Notes: generated by a model from the letters alone, not told the origin. 36,321 nucleotides of DNA from Actinobacteria bacterium RBG_16_64_13 (GCA_001768675.1 MELN01000020.1:42666-78986), one strand, 5' to 3'. Counted from the stretch's first letter, positions 7,848 to 26,977 are shown. A program made the numbers and translations.

Positions 7848-7874
7848 ATTCTCCCAAAGGATCGAGCAGAGGCG

Positions 7875-8207
7875 ATGGCAAAGACAGTGATCGACAAGGC
7901 AGCAGGCAAAGCCCAGGCCAAACCGGCCGGGAGCCTTAGAGGCGTCCTCGCGCGCTCTTCCTCGCGAGTGTCCGCCACTCGTCCCACCTCCGCGCCGCGG
8001 GGGGCGGTGAGCGCCAAACCGCACGGCCGTATCCGCACCTTCTTCCGCGAAGTACGCATCGAGATGAGCAAGGTCACGTGGCTGTCCCGCAAGGACCTCA
8101 TCCAAGCCACCGCCGTGGTCGTCATCGCGGTCGTCATCGCCGGTGTCTATATCGGTGTGTTCGACTTCATCTGGAACATCATCGTTCGCGCGGTCGGGCT
8201 GGGCTGA
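7875..8207 (+). CDS. secE: Preprotein translocase subunit SecE
   Basis: The ATG at 7875 was chosen because the longer ORF start at 7815 would overlap tRNA-Trp. The protein is 110 aa with a basic N-terminal region followed by KVTWLSRKDLIQATAVVVIAVVIAGVYIGVFDFIW (a single C-terminal TM). It lies before nusG. Confidence 0.85.
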   Translation: MAKTVIDKAAGKAQAKPAGSLRGVLARSSSRVSATRPTSAPRGAVSAKPHGRIRTFFREVRIEMSKVTWLSRKDLIQATAVVVIAVVIAGVYIGVFDFIWNIIVRAVGLG

Positions 8208-8249
8208 TCCACGGACCCGAGCAGCACATATCCAGGGGCCATCACTTCC

Positions 8250-8774
8250 ATGGATTCCAAGTGGTACGTCATCAACACGTACTCGGGGCACGAGAACAAA
8301 GCTCGTGCCAACCTCGAGCACCGCATCCAGTCGATGAACCAGGCGCAGTACTTCGAGGAGATCGTCGTACCCACCGAGCAGGTGGTGGAGACGAAGGGCG
8401 GCGAGAAGATCCAACTGGAGAAGCGTATCTTCCCCGGCTACCTTCTGGTCAAGATGATCCTCACCGATGATTCATGGTCGCTGGTCAAGAACACACCGGG
8501 CGTTACCGGCTTCGTCGGGTCGGAGAACAAGCCGACTCCGCTCATGCCCTCGGAGGTCGATCGCATTCTGCACACCTCCACAGTGGAGAAACCAAAGGCC
8601 AAGGCCGAGTTCGTCGTCGGCGACCAGGTGCGGGTGGTCAGTGGACCGCTTACCGACTTCACCGGTGAGGTGTCCGAGGTCAACGTCGAGCAGAGCAAGC
8701 TCAAGGTGATGGTGTCCATCTTCGGGAGGGACACTCCCACGGAGTTGGGCTTCGAGCAAGTCAAGAAGATATAG
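8250..8774 (+). CDS. nusG: Transcription termination/antitermination factor NusG
   Basis: 174 aa. It has the NGN start (KWYVINTYSGHENKA) and a KOW region (GDQVRVVSGPLTDFTGEVSEV). Confidence 0.96.
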   Translation: MDSKWYVINTYSGHENKARANLEHRIQSMNQAQYFEEIVVPTEQVVETKGGEKIQLEKRIFPGYLLVKMILTDDSWSLVKNTPGVTGFVGSENKPTPLMPSEVDRILHTSTVEKPKAKAEFVVGDQVRVVSGPLTDFTGEVSEVNVEQSKLKVMVSIFGRDTPTELGFEQVKKI

Positions 8775-8818
8775 GTCGGCTGGGTCACAGATCCATTAGA
8801 TAGAGACGGAGATTCAAG

Positions 8819-9244
8819 GTGGCGAAGAAGGTACGGGCGATAGTCAAGTTGCAGATCGTTGGGGGCAAAGCAAGTCCGGCCCCCCCGGTGGGCCCTGCTC
8901 TGGGTCAACACGGCGTGAACATCATGGAGTTCTGCAAGGCCTACAACGCGGCCACCCAGGATCGCATCGACCAGGTGGTCCCCGTGGAGATCACGGTCTT
9001 TGAAGACCGGTCTTTCACCTTCGTCCTCAAGACCGCGCCGGCCGCCGTCCTTATCCGTTTGGCTGCGGGCATCGCCAAAGGGAGCGGCAACCCGCGCAAG
9101 GAGAAAGTGGGCAAGATCACCAAGGACCAACTCCGGCAGATCGCCGAGGTGAAGATGCCCGACCTCAACGCTCACGATGTCGAAGCGGCTATGAAGATCA
9201 TGGCCGGCACGGCGCGCAGCATGGGAGTCACCGTAGTGGAATAA
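8819..9244 (+). CDS. rplK: 50S ribosomal protein L11
   Basis: 141 aa with a GTG start. Contains [25 protein letters not shown]. Confidence 0.97.
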   Translation: MAKKVRAIVKLQIVGGKASPAPPVGPALGQHGVNIMEFCKAYNAATQDRIDQVVPVEITVFEDRSFTFVLKTAPAAVLIRLAAGIAKGSGNPRKEKVGKITKDQLRQIAEVKMPDLNAHDVEAAMKIMAGTARSMGVTVVE

Positions 9245-9310
9245 GTCCGCAGCGACGGACATGAAGGTGGGAGGGCCGGGTGGCCCGTCTGACCACCAGG
9301 AGGTATCACG

Positions 9311-10024
9311 ATGAGCAAGGATTCCAAGCGCTTCCAAGAGGCCAAGAAAGCAGTCGAGCCTGGCCGGGTCTACACGCCGATGGAGGCCGCCACTCTACTC
9401 AAAGGCCTGACGACGGCCAACTTCGACGAGACGGTCGAGGTCCACCTCAAGCTGGGTGTCAACCCCCGCCACGCCGATCAGCAGGTGCGGGGCACGTGCA
9501 TGCTTCCCCACGGCACCGGCAAAACGGTGCGCGTGGCCGCTTTCGCCAAGGGTGAGAAAGCCACCGAAGCCGAGGCCGCGGGCGCCGATCTGGTAGGCGC
9601 GGAAGATCTGGCGGCGCAGATCGAGGGGGGCATGCTCGATTTCGACGCGGCCGTCGCGACTCCGGACATGATGGGCGTGGTGGGGAAACTCGGCCGCGTG
9701 CTGGGTCCCCGCGGGCTCATGCCCAACCCGAAGGCCGGCACCGTGACCTTCGACATTGGCAAGGCCGTGGCCGACATGAAGGCCGGCAAGGTGGAGTACC
9801 GCACCGACAAGTTCGGCGTCATCCACCTGATCGTCGGCAAGAAGTCGTTCCCCGCCGAACATCTGGTTGCCAACTACGGTGAGGTGCTGGGCGAGATCGT
9901 ACGCGCGAAGCCTGCGGCCGCCAAGGGCAAGTACCTGCGCACCATCACTATGACCACGACCATGGGCCCCGGTGTCCCCCTGGATACCTCGAAGACCCGC
10001 GTTATGGTGGAAGAAGAATCGTAA
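9311..10024 (+). CDS. rplA: 50S ribosomal protein L1
   Basis: 237 aa. Contains [24 protein letters not shown] and [16 protein letters not shown]. Confidence 0.97.
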   Translation: MSKDSKRFQEAKKAVEPGRVYTPMEAATLLKGLTTANFDETVEVHLKLGVNPRHADQQVRGTCMLPHGTGKTVRVAAFAKGEKATEAEAAGADLVGAEDLAAQIEGGMLDFDAAVATPDMMGVVGKLGRVLGPRGLMPNPKAGTVTFDIGKAVADMKAGKVEYRTDKFGVIHLIVGKKSFPAEHLVANYGEVLGEIVRAKPAAAKGKYLRTITMTTTMGPGVPLDTSKTRVMVEEES

Positions 10025-10048
10025 AGCGCGTCTGCTGCCGCCGGTGGG

Positions 10049-10239
10049 TGCTATAATCCCCGGCGCTATCCGCCCGAGACAGCTGGTGCCGCCACGGCGG
10101 CAGAAGCGGAGAGGCCTGAAGCCGACCCGCCAGCCGAGGCAGAGTGTGACCGACATAGTGGTTCGTGTGAGCCTTTGATGTCATCGTCCGCCTCTGCTAC
10201 TTGGAGGTGGACGATTTCTTTTCGAAGGAGGTGAACAGT
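10049..10239 (+). promoter_or_regulatory. rplJ promoter (extended -10 TGCTATAAT) plus L10 leader region
   Basis: TG at 10049-10050 and TATAAT at 10052-10057 stand out in GC-rich DNA. A ~180-nt untranslated leader follows at the canonical position of the L10(L12)4 autoregulatory leader. The leader structure was not verified. Confidence 0.45.
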
Positions 10240-10764
10240 ATGCCGAGACCGGACAAGATCGAAGCAGTCAAGGAGATCACCGCAGATCTCAAGGCCACTG
10301 ACGTCTACTACTTTGTGGACTATCGGGGGCTGACCTTCTCCGAAGCCACGGAATTGCGGGCGCGCCTCGTGAAGGTCGACGCCAGCCTCAAGGTGGTCAA
10401 GAACACCCTTGCCAAGATCGCGGCGGCCGATGCGGGTGTGGAGGGACTCACCGAAATGCTGCAAGGCCCCACAGCGATCGTCTACTGCCATGGCGATCCC
10501 GTCAAGGTGGCCAAGACTATCCAGGACTTCATCAAGGAGAAAAAGAAGGCCACGCTCCGCGGGGGCAAGCTGCAACGTTCCATGCTTACCGCGTCCGACG
10601 TGGAGAAGCTCGCTACCCTACCGAGCCGCGAGCAACTCATCGCCCAATTGGTCGGCGCGATCGCCTCGCCGTTGACCGGACTTGCCAACGTGCTGAGCGG
10701 TCCCATCCGCGGACTCGTGGTCGTGTTGGCGCAGATCCAGGAACAGAAGGCATCCGCCGCCTGA
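10240..10764 (+). CDS. rplJ: 50S ribosomal protein L10
   Basis: The ATG at 10240 is preceded by GAAGGAGG. The protein is 174 aa and begins MPRPDKIEAVKEITADLK. The ORF-track TTG start at 10201 was judged upstream read-through. Confidence 0.95.
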   Translation: MPRPDKIEAVKEITADLKATDVYYFVDYRGLTFSEATELRARLVKVDASLKVVKNTLAKIAAADAGVEGLTEMLQGPTAIVYCHGDPVKVAKTIQDFIKEKKKATLRGGKLQRSMLTASDVEKLATLPSREQLIAQLVGAIASPLTGLANVLSGPIRGLVVVLAQIQEQKASAA

Positions 10765-10840
10765 GACTCGCGGCGTTTTGTTTGAACGTTATCCACCAGC
10801 AAGAAGTGTTCAAGAAGAGATCGGAAGGAGTTGAGCTAAG

Positions 10841-11218
10841 GTGACCCCCGACAAGCTCATAGAAGAGATCAAGAAGATGTCCGTGCTCGATCTGTCAGCG
10901 CTGGTCAAGGCGCTGGAAGAGGAGTTCGGAGTCAGTGCCGCCATGCCTATGGCTATGGCTGCTGCCCCGGCCGGCGCTGCGGCTCCCGCGGAGGAAGTAG
11001 AGGAGCAGACGGAGTTCGACGTCATCCTCAAGGCCGCCGGCGAGAAGAAGATCAACGTCATCAAAGTAGTGCGGGCTCTGACCGGACTGGGCCTGAAAGA
11101 AGCCAAAGACCTGGTCGATGGCGCCCCCAACCCGGTCAAGCAGGCGATCCCCAAGGCCGAGGCCGAAGACATCAAGAAGCAACTCGAAGAAGTCGGCGCC
11201 GAAGTCGAAGTCAAGTAA
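10841..11218 (+). CDS. rplL: 50S ribosomal protein L7/L12
   Basis: 125 aa with a GTG start. It has an Ala-rich hinge and a C-terminal [15 protein letters not shown]...[18 protein letters not shown]. Confidence 0.97.
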   Translation: MTPDKLIEEIKKMSVLDLSALVKALEEEFGVSAAMPMAMAAAPAGAAAPAEEVEEQTEFDVILKAAGEKKINVIKVVRALTGLGLKEAKDLVDGAPNPVKQAIPKAEAEDIKKQLEEVGAEVEVK

Positions 11219-11399
11219 CATATACCATCGGTGGGTGCGGATCGGATCCGTCTCCCGCCGGTGGAACTCAAGCCCGGCCTCGGTGGGTCTCGAGGGACTC
11301 ATCGGAGTCGGGCTTGCCGCGCGTATCTTGCAGTGATAATATACAAGGTTGCGCGCTGAAACCTGTGCAAAACCCCTGGCATGCGAGGAGTGATCCCCT
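11219..11399 (+). promoter_or_regulatory. rplL-rpoB intergenic region with stem-loops (attenuator-like) and an extended -10 element
   Basis: One hairpin is CGGAT-CGG-ATCCG. A second helix, CAAGCCCG...CGGGCTTG, encloses GACTC-ATCG-GAGTC. TGATAATAT follows (TG 11334-11335, TAATAT 11337-11342), and a GAGGAG RBS lies 9 nt before TTG 11400. Confidence 0.35.
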
Positions 11400-14300
11400 T
11401 TGGGCGAAAGGAAGACTCCCAGAACCCGTAAGTCCTTCTCCAATCTACCGCAGATTCTTGACGTTCCCAACCTGATCGCCGTCCAGACCGAATCGTTCGA
11501 GTGGTTCAAGACTCAGGGCCTCAAAGAGACCATCGAGGACATAAACCCGATTGAGGACTACACGGGCAACTATGCCGTGGAGTTCGGGGAGTACGAGTTC
11601 AAAGAGCCGGCCCTCACACTCAAGGAGTGCCGGGACAAAGACCAGACATACGCGGCGCCTCTGTTCATCACCGTCCGCTTCGTCAACCGAGAATCGGGGG
11701 AGATACGGGAGCAGAGCGTCTTCATGGGCGATTTCCCCATGATGACCGATCAGGGGACCTTCATCATCAACGGCACCGAACGGGTGATAGTCACCCAGCT
11801 CGTACGGTCTCCTGGCGCCTACGTGATGGCTGCCAAAGACCCCACGAAACAGGTGTTGGTCGCCAACCTCATGCCGGCCCGCGGGTCCTGGCTGGAATTC
11901 GAGATCGACAAGCGGGCGGCCGTGTCGGTGCGCATCGACCGCAAGCGGAAACTCCCGGCGACGGTCTTCCTCCGTGCCTTGGCCGGCATCGACTCCGAGA
12001 GGACCAAGGACGAACCCGGCCTCCTTTCCCAGGGTACCGACGAGGAGATCCTCGCTCTGTTCGGCGACAATCCGTTCATCAAGGCCACCCTCGAGAAGGA
12101 CTCAGTGCGCTCGGTGGACGAGGCTCTGGTCGAACTGTTCAAGAAGCAGCGCCCGGGTGAACCGCCTACGCTCGAGGCCAGCCGCAATCTGCTCTGGAAC
12201 ATCTGCTTCGATCCCAAGCGCTACGATCTGACCCGGGTGGGCCGGCACAAGCTCAACGCCCGGCTTGGTCTCAAGACCGATCTTGACGTCCGGACTCTCA
12301 CAAAAGCCGACATCATCGCGCTTGTGCGCGAGCTGGTGGCCGTCCCGTTGGCTATCGATGACGAGCATCTCTTGGAGGATGCCCGCGATCTGGCCGAAGT
12401 CGCGCCCAGCCTGCCGTGGGACGAAGTGGCCAACCGTTTGGACGAGTACGAGCACTTCGGCAATCGTCGCCTGCGCATGGTGGGCGAACTGGTGCAAGAG
12501 GCCTTCCGGGTCGGGCTCTACCGCATGGAGCGGGTCGTGCGCGAGCGCATGACCACTGAGGACGTCGACACCATCACGCCGCAATCCATCATCAATATCC
12601 GGCCGGTGGTGGCTGCGCTCAAGGAGTTCTACGGCAGCTCACAGCTGTCGCAGTTCATGGACCAGACCAACTCCCTGGCGGGGCTTACGCATCGCCGCCG
12701 GCTCTCCGCTCTGGGGGCGGGGGGGCTGACGCGCGAGCGGGCTCCCATCGAGGTGCGCGACGTGCACCCCACCCACTACGGGCGGATGTGCCCCATCGAG
12801 ACCCCGGAAGGTCCCAACATCGGGCTTATCGGCTCGTTGTCCAGCTACGCCACCGTCAATGAGTTCGGGTTCATCCAGACGCCCTACCTCAAAGTGAACG
12901 GCGGCAAGGTTTCCGACGAGATCTACCGGCTCACGGCCTACGAAGAAGAGAAGTATACGATCGCTCAGGCCAACGCGCCGGTGAACCCCAAGACCAAAGC
13001 CTTCGTTGAAGACACGGTGTTGGCCCGCGCCCCCGGGGGCGAGTATGTCAGCGCCCGGCGCGAGGACGTGGACTACATGGACGTCTCCCCGCAGCAGATC
13101 GTGTCGGTGGCGACCGCCCTCGTGCCCTTCCTGGAGCACAACGACGCCAACCGCGCCCTGATGGGGTCCAACATGCAGCGTCAGGCGGTCCCGCTTCTTG
13201 AGGCGGAGGCCCCGCTGATCGGCACGGGCATGGAATTCCGCTCGGCGGTCGACACTGGTGACGTCCTGCTGGCCAAGAAGGCCGGCAAGGTACGGGGCGT
13301 GTCGGCCGACCGCATCCTCATAGAGAGCGAAGAGGGCGAGTTGGAATCGCACAGCCTGCTCAAGTTCGAGCGCTCGAACCAGGGCACGTTCATCCACCAG
13401 AAACCGGTAGTCGACGTGGGCCATACGGTCGTACCGGGCCAAGTCCTCGCGGACGGCGCGTCGACCAAGGACGGGGAGCTGGCCCTGGGTCGCAACCTGC
13501 TCGTCGCATTCATGAGCTGGGAGGGCTACAACTTCGAGGACTCCATCGTCATCAGCGAACGGCTCGTCAAGGACGATGTCCTCACCTCGGTCCACATCGA
13601 GGAGTATGAGGTCGAAGCCCGCTCCACCAAGCTGGGCGACGAGGAGATCACCCGAGACATCCCCAACCGCTCCGAGGAGTCCCTCGCGGATCTCGATGAA
13701 GACGGCGTCGTCCGCATCGGTGCCGAGGTAGCCTCGGGCGACCTGCTGGTAGGCAAGATCACGCCCAAGGGCGAGACCGAGCTCACCGCTGAAGAGAAGC
13801 TCATCCGCGCCATCTTCAAAGAGAAGGCCCGCGAGGTGCGAGACACTTCGCTCAAGGTGCCGCACGGCGAAAAAGGCGTGGTGATCGACGTCAAGGAGTT
13901 CTCCCGCGAAGCCGGCGACGACCTCTCTCCGGGCGTCAACCGTCTGGTGCGGGTCTACGTGGCCAAGAAGCGCAAGATCGCTGAGGGCGACAAGCTGGCC
14001 GGCCGCCACGGGAACAAGGGGGTCATCTCCAAGATCGTCCCCGAAGAGGACATGCCCTTCCTGGAAGACGGGACCCCGGTGGACATCATCCTGAACCCGT
14101 TGGGCGTGCCCTCGCGTATGAACATCGGCCAGGTGATGGAGACGCATCTGGGCTGGGCCGCTCACCACGGCTTCTTCCAGCTCAAGCGGAACAAGAAGAG
14201 TCTGGAAGGGGAACCATTGCTGGCGGGCGGCGACCTGACCGCCGAACAAGAGATCAAGCTGGCCCGCAAGTACTATGACTTGGTGGACGAGTCCACGGCT

Positions 14301-15155
14301 CAAGGTCCGACGCCCATAGCGACGCCGGTGTTCGACGGCGCAAGCCAGGTGGACGTCGACGAGGCTCTGATGGGGTGGGTACTTGCTCACGAGGCCGACG
14401 TCGCGGATCCACTCAAGGTCAAGATGTCCATAAGTCTGGACAACAACCCGGGCACCCACGTCGCCGGTAAGGTGAGATTGTTCAACGGCCGCCTTGGCGA
14501 GCCCTACGACCAGAGCATCACCGTCGGCTACATGTACATGCTGAAGCTCCACCACCTGGTGGACGACAAGATCCACGCTCGCTCGACGGGCCCCTACTCA
14601 CTCGTCACCCAGCAGCCTCTGGGCGGCAAGGCGCAGTTCGGGGGGCAGCGATTCGGGGAGATGGAAGTGTGGGCGCTGGAAGCTTATGGAGCTGCCTACA
14701 CCCTGCAGGAGATGCTCACTATCAAGTCCGACGACACCCAGGGACGGGTCAAGGCTTATGAAGCTATCGTCAAAGGCGAGAACATCGCTCGTCCGGGAGT
14801 GCCCGAGTCGTTCAAGGTGCTGCTCAAAGAGATGCAGTCCCTTGCCCTTGACATCCAGGTCATGAGCGAGGAAGGCGGTTCTCTGGAAGTGGCCGAGGAA
14901 GAGGACGACCTGCTCCGTGCCGCCGAAGAGCTCGGCATCGACCTCTCCGCCCGGTATCGGGCCGAGGAGAGGGCGATCGAGGCTCAGTCAGCTTTGGTGC
15001 CTACGCACACGGGGTCGGAATTGGACGAGGAGCCTGACGACGAGGAAGAATCCGACGAGTTTGAGGGAGCGCCCGAGATTGAGACGTTCGAGATCGACAT
15101 GGACACCGACTTGGGTGACGTTTCACTTTCTTCCTTCGCCGACGACGCGGAATAG
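11400..15155 (+). CDS. rpoB: DNA-directed RNA polymerase subunit beta, with a ~67-aa acidic C-terminal tail
   Basis: 1251 aa with a TTG start. Conserved blocks include [19 protein letters not shown], and [49 protein letters not shown]. Confidence 0.97.
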   Translation: MGERKTPRTRKSFSNLPQILDVPNLIAVQTESFEWFKTQGLKETIEDINPIEDYTGNYAVEFGEYEFKEPALTLKECRDKDQTYAAPLFITVRFVNRESGEIREQSVFMGDFPMMTDQGTFIINGTERVIVTQLVRSPGAYVMAAKDPTKQVLVANLMPARGSWLEFEIDKRAAVSVRIDRKRKLPATVFLRALAGIDSERTKDEPGLLSQGTDEEILALFGDNPFIKATLEKDSVRSVDEALVELFKKQRPGEPPTLEASRNLLWNICFDPKRYDLTRVGRHKLNARLGLKTDLDVRTLTKADIIALVRELVAVPLAIDDEHLLEDARDLAEVAPSLPWDEVANRLDEYEHFGNRRLRMVGELVQEAFRVGLYRMERVVRERMTTEDVDTITPQSIINIRPVVAALKEFYGSSQLSQFMDQTNSLAGLTHRRRLSALGAGGLTRERAPIEVRDVHPTHYGRMCPIETPEGPNIGLIGSLSSYATVNEFGFIQTPYLKVNGGKVSDEIYRLTAYEEEKYTIAQANAPVNPKTKAFVEDTVLARAPGGEYVSARREDVDYMDVSPQQIVSVATALVPFLEHNDANRALMGSNMQRQAVPLLEAEAPLIGTGMEFRSAVDTGDVLLAKKAGKVRGVSADRILIESEEGELESHSLLKFERSNQGTFIHQKPVVDVGHTVVPGQVLADGASTKDGELALGRNLLVAFMSWEGYNFEDSIVISERLVKDDVLTSVHIEEYEVEARSTKLGDEEITRDIPNRSEESLADLDEDGVVRIGAEVASGDLLVGKITPKGETELTAEEKLIRAIFKEKAREVRDTSLKVPHGEKGVVIDVKEFSREAGDDLSPGVNRLVRVYVAKKRKIAEGDKLAGRHGNKGVISKIVPEEDMPFLEDGTPVDIILNPLGVPSRMNIGQVMETHLGWAAHHGFFQLKRNKKSLEGEPLLAGGDLTAEQEIKLARKYYDLVDESTAQGPTPIATPVFDGASQVDVDEALMGWVLAHEADVADPLKVKMSISLDNNPGTHVAGKVRLFNGRLGEPYDQSITVGYMYMLKLHHLVDDKIHARSTGPYSLVTQQPLGGKAQFGGQRFGEMEVWALEAYGAAYTLQEMLTIKSDDTQGRVKAYEAIVKGENIARPGVPESFKVLLKEMQSLALDIQVMSEEGGSLEVAEEEDDLLRAAEELGIDLSARYRAEERAIEAQSALVPTHTGSELDEEPDDEEESDEFEGAPEIETFEIDMDTDLGDVSLSSFADDAE

Positions 15156-15164
15156 GAGTTTTCC

Positions 15165-19493
<4,329 letters not shown>

Positions 19494-19515
19494 TAGTGCT
19501 TATTGCTAAGCCGAC

Positions 19516-19536
19516 GGGGGCTTCTTGCAGGCCCCC
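19516..19536 (+). terminator. Weak stem-loop after rpoC
   Basis: GGGGGC-TTCTTGCAG-GCCCCC lies 23 nt after the rpoC stop. Only a short TTT follows, so it is at best a partial terminator. Confidence 0.3.
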
Positions 19537-19544
19537 CGAGGCTT

Positions 19545-19641
19545 TGCTATACTTCGCGGCCGCTACGCGTCCGGACGCGTCATAGACGCGTGCTTGTGCA
19601 GCGATCGCTGAGCATCGGGAATTGATAGACGAGGAGTTCGT
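19545..19641 (+). promoter_or_regulatory. str-operon promoter (extended -10 TGCTATACT) and rpsL leader
   Basis: TG at 19545-19546 and TATACT at 19548-19553 have the same TGC-TATAnT shape as the rplJ promoter. The leader contains the palindromes ACGCGTCCGGACGCGT (19565-19580) and CAGCGATCGCTG (19599-19610). A GAGGAG RBS precedes GTG 19642. Confidence 0.45.
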
Positions 19642-20013
<372 letters not shown>

Positions 20014-20036
20014 GCTAAGGAAGGCATACTAGAACC

Positions 20037-20507
20037 ATGGCAAGAAGAGTAAAAGCAGCTAAGCGGGACATCCAGCCCGATCCCATCTACAGAAGCCGTC
20101 TGGTCACCCAGATCGTCAATCGCTTGATGTTGGACGGAAAGAAGTCCACCTCCGAGCGCATCATGTACGACGCGATGAACATCCTTCGCGAGCGCACCAG
20201 CAACGACCCTGCCGGCGTCCTCAAGGAAGCTGTGGAGAACGTACGGCCCGCCCTTGAAGTGCGGTCCCGCCGGGTAGGCGGCGCCAACTATCAGGTGCCG
20301 GTAGAAGTCCCCACCCGCCGGTCGTACACGTTGGCGGTCCGGTGGATCATCATCCACAGCCGCGCCCGGCGCGAGCACACCATGGCCGAGCGGCTGGCCG
20401 GCGAGCTTCTCGATGGATACAACCGCACCGGCGTGACCATGAAGAAGAAAGAAGATCTCCTGCGGATGGCCGAAGCCAACAGGGCTTTCGCCCATTACCG
20501 CTGGTAG
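20037..20507 (+). CDS. rpsG: 30S ribosomal protein S7
   Basis: 156 aa. Contains [18 protein letters not shown] and ends AFAHYRW. Confidence 0.98.
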   Translation: MARRVKAAKRDIQPDPIYRSRLVTQIVNRLMLDGKKSTSERIMYDAMNILRERTSNDPAGVLKEAVENVRPALEVRSRRVGGANYQVPVEVPTRRSYTLAVRWIIIHSRARREHTMAERLAGELLDGYNRTGVTMKKKEDLLRMAEANRAFAHYRW

Positions 20508-20541
20508 CCGGCAAGCCGGGTAGGAGTTAGGAAAGCAGCAA

Positions 20542-22671
<2,130 letters not shown>

Positions 22672-22675
22672 TGGC

Positions 22676-22694
22676 TCGATTCATTGTGAATCGA
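22676..22694 (+). other. AT-rich perfect hairpin in the fusA-tuf spacer
   Basis: TCGATTCA-TTG-TGAATCGA forms an 8-bp perfect stem starting 5 nt after the fusA stop. Its function is unknown; it could be a processing or pause site. Confidence 0.25.
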
Positions 22695-22769
22695 ACGAAG
22701 TAACCAAGGGAAATCGGCTGCTGGGCTGCGGCGGCCGCCTGAGCGACTCAGGTAGAAAGGGAGGAATCA

Positions 22770-23975
<1,206 letters not shown>

Positions 23976-23985
23976 GAGTTGCTCG

Positions 23986-24294
23986 GTGGCGCAACAGAAG
24001 ATACGTATCAGGCTTAAAGCCTACGACCACGAGCTTGTAGACAAGAGCGCGCGGGCTATCGTCGAAACGGCTGAGCGCACGGGCGCTACCATTTCGGGCC
24101 CGGTGCCGCTGCCAACTGAGAAGAACGTCTACTGCGTGATCCGTAGCCCGTTCAAGGACAAGGATTCGCGGGAGCATTTCGAGATCAGGACGCATAAACG
24201 CCTGATCGACATCCATCAACCCACCCCCAAGACGGTGGACTCGTTGATGCGCATGGATCTGCCCGCGGGCGTGGACATAGAGATCAAACTGTGA
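23986..24294 (+). CDS. rpsJ: 30S ribosomal protein S10
   Basis: 102 aa with a GTG start. Begins [19 protein letters not shown]. Confidence 0.98.
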   Translation: MAQQKIRIRLKAYDHELVDKSARAIVETAERTGATISGPVPLPTEKNVYCVIRSPFKDKDSREHFEIRTHKRLIDIHQPTPKTVDSLMRMDLPAGVDIEIKL

Positions 24295-24902
24295 TGAAGA
24301 CGCTCTTAGGGACAAAGCTGGGTATGACCCAGTTCTTCAACGAGGACGGCACGGTCGTCCGCTGTACTGTGATCGAGGCTGGGCCCTGCTTGGTCACTCA
24401 GAAGAAGACCGTCGAGACCGACGGCTACGCCGCCACCCAGATAGCCTTTGGAGACGTCAAGGCGAAGAGGCTGAACAAGCCTCTGCTCGGACACCTCAAG
24501 AAGGCCGGCATCTCACCCAAGCGTCACCTCGTCGAGGTGCGGGGTGAGGACGCGTTGGCGGTAGGCGAAGCGGTCACGGTCGAGGTCTTCAAGCCGGGTG
24601 ACGAGGTCAAAGTGACCGGAGTCAGCAAGGGCAAGGGCTTCCAAGGCGTGATCAAGCGGCACGGGTTCGCTGGTGGTCCCGGCTATCACGGTTCCCACTC
24701 CCACCGCGTCCCCGGTTCCATCGGCTCTTCGGCCGACCCGTCCCGGGTGTACCCGGGCACGCGGCTGCCCGGCCAGATGGGTAATGTGCGTGTCACGCAA
24801 ACGGGTCTCACCGTGGTCAAGACCGACCCGGACAAGAACCTGGTGCTGGTCAAAGGTGCGATCCCGGGGAGCAAAGGTTCCCTGGTCGTGATCAGAGGTT
24901 AG
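24294..24902 (+). CDS. rplC: 50S ribosomal protein L3
   Basis: ATG 24294 overlaps the rpsJ stop; an alternative GTG start lies at 24291. Begins [13 protein letters not shown]. Confidence 0.96.
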   Translation: MKTLLGTKLGMTQFFNEDGTVVRCTVIEAGPCLVTQKKTVETDGYAATQIAFGDVKAKRLNKPLLGHLKKAGISPKRHLVEVRGEDALAVGEAVTVEVFKPGDEVKVTGVSKGKGFQGVIKRHGFAGGPGYHGSHSHRVPGSIGSSADPSRVYPGTRLPGQMGNVRVTQTGLTVVKTDPDKNLVLVKGAIPGSKGSLVVIRG

Positions 24903-24906
24903 GCCT

Positions 24907-25545
24907 ATGTCATCCATCGATAGAATCGACGAGAACGGCGCGGTCGTCGGCCAACATGAATTGGCCGACGCGCTCCTGGCCGACCAGATCAACGTCGGTC
25001 TCCTCCACCAGGTGGTGACGGCCGAACTGGCCGGGCACCGCCAGGGTACCGCCGCCGCCAAGAGCAGAAGCCAGGTGGCCGGAACGGGTGCGAAACAGTG
25101 GCGCCAGAAGGGCACCGGCCGGGCTCGCGTGGGCTCAGGCAAGGTGTCGCAGTTTACCGGCGGGGGCGTTGCTTTCCCGCCGATTCCCCGCAGTTACTCC
25201 ATGAAGGTCAACAAGAAGGCCAAGGCCTTGGCGTTTCGGATGGCACTGGCCGATCTCGTGGCCGGGGGCACTGTCCGTGTTCTCTCGGGCACCACTTTCG
25301 ATGAGCCGTCCGCCAAGCGGGCCGCGGGTATCCTCGGCAAGATCGAACTGGAGAAGCCGTTGCTTGTCCTGGTCGGCGGCGAAGAGGTGGCGGCGCTGAA
25401 GAGCTTCCGCAATCTGGCCGGCACTAGGGTCCTCACCATCGGTGAAGCCGAGGTGCAAGACTACATCTGGGCCAAGAGCCTGCTGTTCACAGATGCCGCC
25501 GTAGCCTTCCTCGAGCGAGGCTTGAACGTGGGCGGTGACTCGTAG
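24907..25545 (+). CDS. rplD: 50S ribosomal protein L4
   Basis: 212 aa. Contains WRQKGTGRARVGS. Confidence 0.97.
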   Translation: MSSIDRIDENGAVVGQHELADALLADQINVGLLHQVVTAELAGHRQGTAAAKSRSQVAGTGAKQWRQKGTGRARVGSGKVSQFTGGGVAFPPIPRSYSMKVNKKAKALAFRMALADLVAGGTVRVLSGTTFDEPSAKRAAGILGKIELEKPLLVLVGGEEVAALKSFRNLAGTRVLTIGEAEVQDYIWAKSLLFTDAAVAFLERGLNVGGDS

Positions 25546-25829
25546 TGGACGCACGGCAGATCATCATCCGTCCGATCATCTCGGAGAAGAGCTACCGGGC
25601 CATCGATACCAACCGGTACTCGTTCGAAGTCAATTATCGGGCCACCAAGCCTCACATACGCGCCGCTGTGGAAGAGATCTTCAATGTGAAGGTCATCGGT
25701 GTGCAGACTATCAACGTTAAGCCGAAACCCAAGCGCAGGGGCGCCCATGCGGGAGTCACCAAGCGGTGGAAGAAGGCAGTGGTCGAGCTTGCTCCGGGCA
25801 ATCGGATCGAGTTCTTCGGCGCGACCTAG
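25545..25829 (+). CDS. rplW: 50S ribosomal protein L23
   Basis: 94 aa. The GTG start overlaps the rplD stop by 1 nt. Contains IIRPIISEKSY. Confidence 0.96.
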   Translation: MDARQIIIRPIISEKSYRAIDTNRYSFEVNYRATKPHIRAAVEEIFNVKVIGVQTINVKPKPKRRGAHAGVTKRWKKAVVELAPGNRIEFFGAT

Positions 25830-25844
25830 AGGGGTTAGAGAGAC

Positions 25845-26678
25845 ATGGCCATAAAGAGTTACAAGCCGACATCTCCCGGACGCAGGTTCGCGACTACGCC
25901 TGCCTTCGATGAAATCACGAAGACCGAGCCGGAGAAGTCGCTCACCCGCCCGGTGAAGCGCAACGGTGGGCGCAACAACAACGGTCGCATCACCACCCGG
26001 CACCAAGGCGGCGGGCATAAGCGCCTGTATAGGATCATCGACTTCAAGCGCGACAAAGACGGCGTGCCCGGCCGGGTCGACTCCATCGAGTACGATCCCA
26101 ATCGCAACGCCCGCATCGCGCTGGTAGTGTACGCGGACGGCGACAAGCGCTACATCCTTGCGCCCAATAAGCTGGGCGTGGGCTCGATGGTCGAAGCGGG
26201 CCCCGGGGCCGACATCCGGGTGGGCTGTGCCCTCCCGATGCGAAACATCCCGGTGGGCACCGTGGTGCACAACATCGAGATGCGCAAAGGTGGCGGCGGC
26301 CAGATCGCGCGTTCGGCCGGCACGTCGGCCCAGATGATGGCCAAAGAAGGCGACTACGCCATCCTTCGGCTACCCTCGGGCGAGATGCGCATGATCCATC
26401 TGGAATGCAGGGCGACTGTGGGCGAGATCGGCAATGCCGAGCACGAGAACCTCGTGACCGGTAAGGCGGGACGCAAGCGCTGGATGGGCGTCAGGCCCGG
26501 CGTGCGCGGCACCACCATGAACCCGGTCGATCACCCGCACGGCGGCGGCGAGGGGTCAACGCCTCCGGGTCGCAACCCGGTGACGCCGTGGGGAGTCCCC
26601 ACACTTGGCCACAAGACCCGCAAGGCCAAGAAGCTTTCGAACAAATACATCGTCAGACGGCGAGGAAAAGGGAGGTAG
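25845..26678 (+). CDS. rplB: 50S ribosomal protein L2
   Basis: 277 aa. Contains [13 protein letters not shown]. Confidence 0.98.
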   Translation: MAIKSYKPTSPGRRFATTPAFDEITKTEPEKSLTRPVKRNGGRNNNGRITTRHQGGGHKRLYRIIDFKRDKDGVPGRVDSIEYDPNRNARIALVVYADGDKRYILAPNKLGVGSMVEAGPGADIRVGCALPMRNIPVGTVVHNIEMRKGGGGQIARSAGTSAQMMAKEGDYAILRLPSGEMRMIHLECRATVGEIGNAEHENLVTGKAGRKRWMGVRPGVRGTTMNPVDHPHGGGEGSTPPGRNPVTPWGVPTLGHKTRKAKKLSNKYIVRRRGKGR

Positions 26679-26687
26679 TAGAGCATC

Positions 26688-26972
26688 GTGGCACGTTCAA
26701 GCAAGAAAGCTCCCTTCGTCGAAGAGCGACTCATGTCGCGTGTCGAGGCGATGAACCAGACCGGCGAGAAGCGCATGCTGAAGACCTGGTCGAGGGCGTC
26801 AACCATCTATCCCGAGATGATCGGGCACACGATCGCCGTCCATGACGGCCGCAAACACGTGCCCATCTACGTGACGGAAAGCATGGTCGGCCACCGGCTG
26901 GGCGAATTCGCGCTGACCCGTACCTTCCGCGGCCACGGCGGCAACAAAGAGCGCCGTATGAAGAGGAAGTGA
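26688..26972 (+). CDS. rpsS: 30S ribosomal protein S19
   Basis: 94 aa with a GTG start. Contains [14 protein letters not shown] and [14 protein letters not shown]. Confidence 0.98.
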   Translation: MARSSKKAPFVEERLMSRVEAMNQTGEKRMLKTWSRASTIYPEMIGHTIAVHDGRKHVPIYVTESMVGHRLGEFALTRTFRGHGGNKERRMKRK

Positions 26973-26977
26973 GAAGC

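Noticed and set aside
12639-14576. 645-aa ORF on the minus strand, antisense to rpoB. Similar long antisense ORFs lie at 16563-17843, 17982-19235 (both opposite rpoC) and 20863-22464 (opposite fusA).
   Set aside because: They lie exactly opposite highly conserved, unambiguous genes. Their translations are low-complexity and rich in Arg/Gly/Ala/Val/His/Asp, with no recognisable motifs. Stop-free antisense frames are the expected artefact of high GC3 coding sequence.
19565-19610. A perfect 16-nt palindrome ACGCGTCCGGACGCGT with a third ACGCGT nearby, plus a 12-nt palindrome CAGCGATCGCTG, in the rpsL leader.
   Set aside because: In ~36 kb of GC-rich DNA, one 16-nt perfect palindrome is roughly what chance allows. 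With no second copy or conservation data I cannot claim an operator. It is noted only as part of the leader feature.
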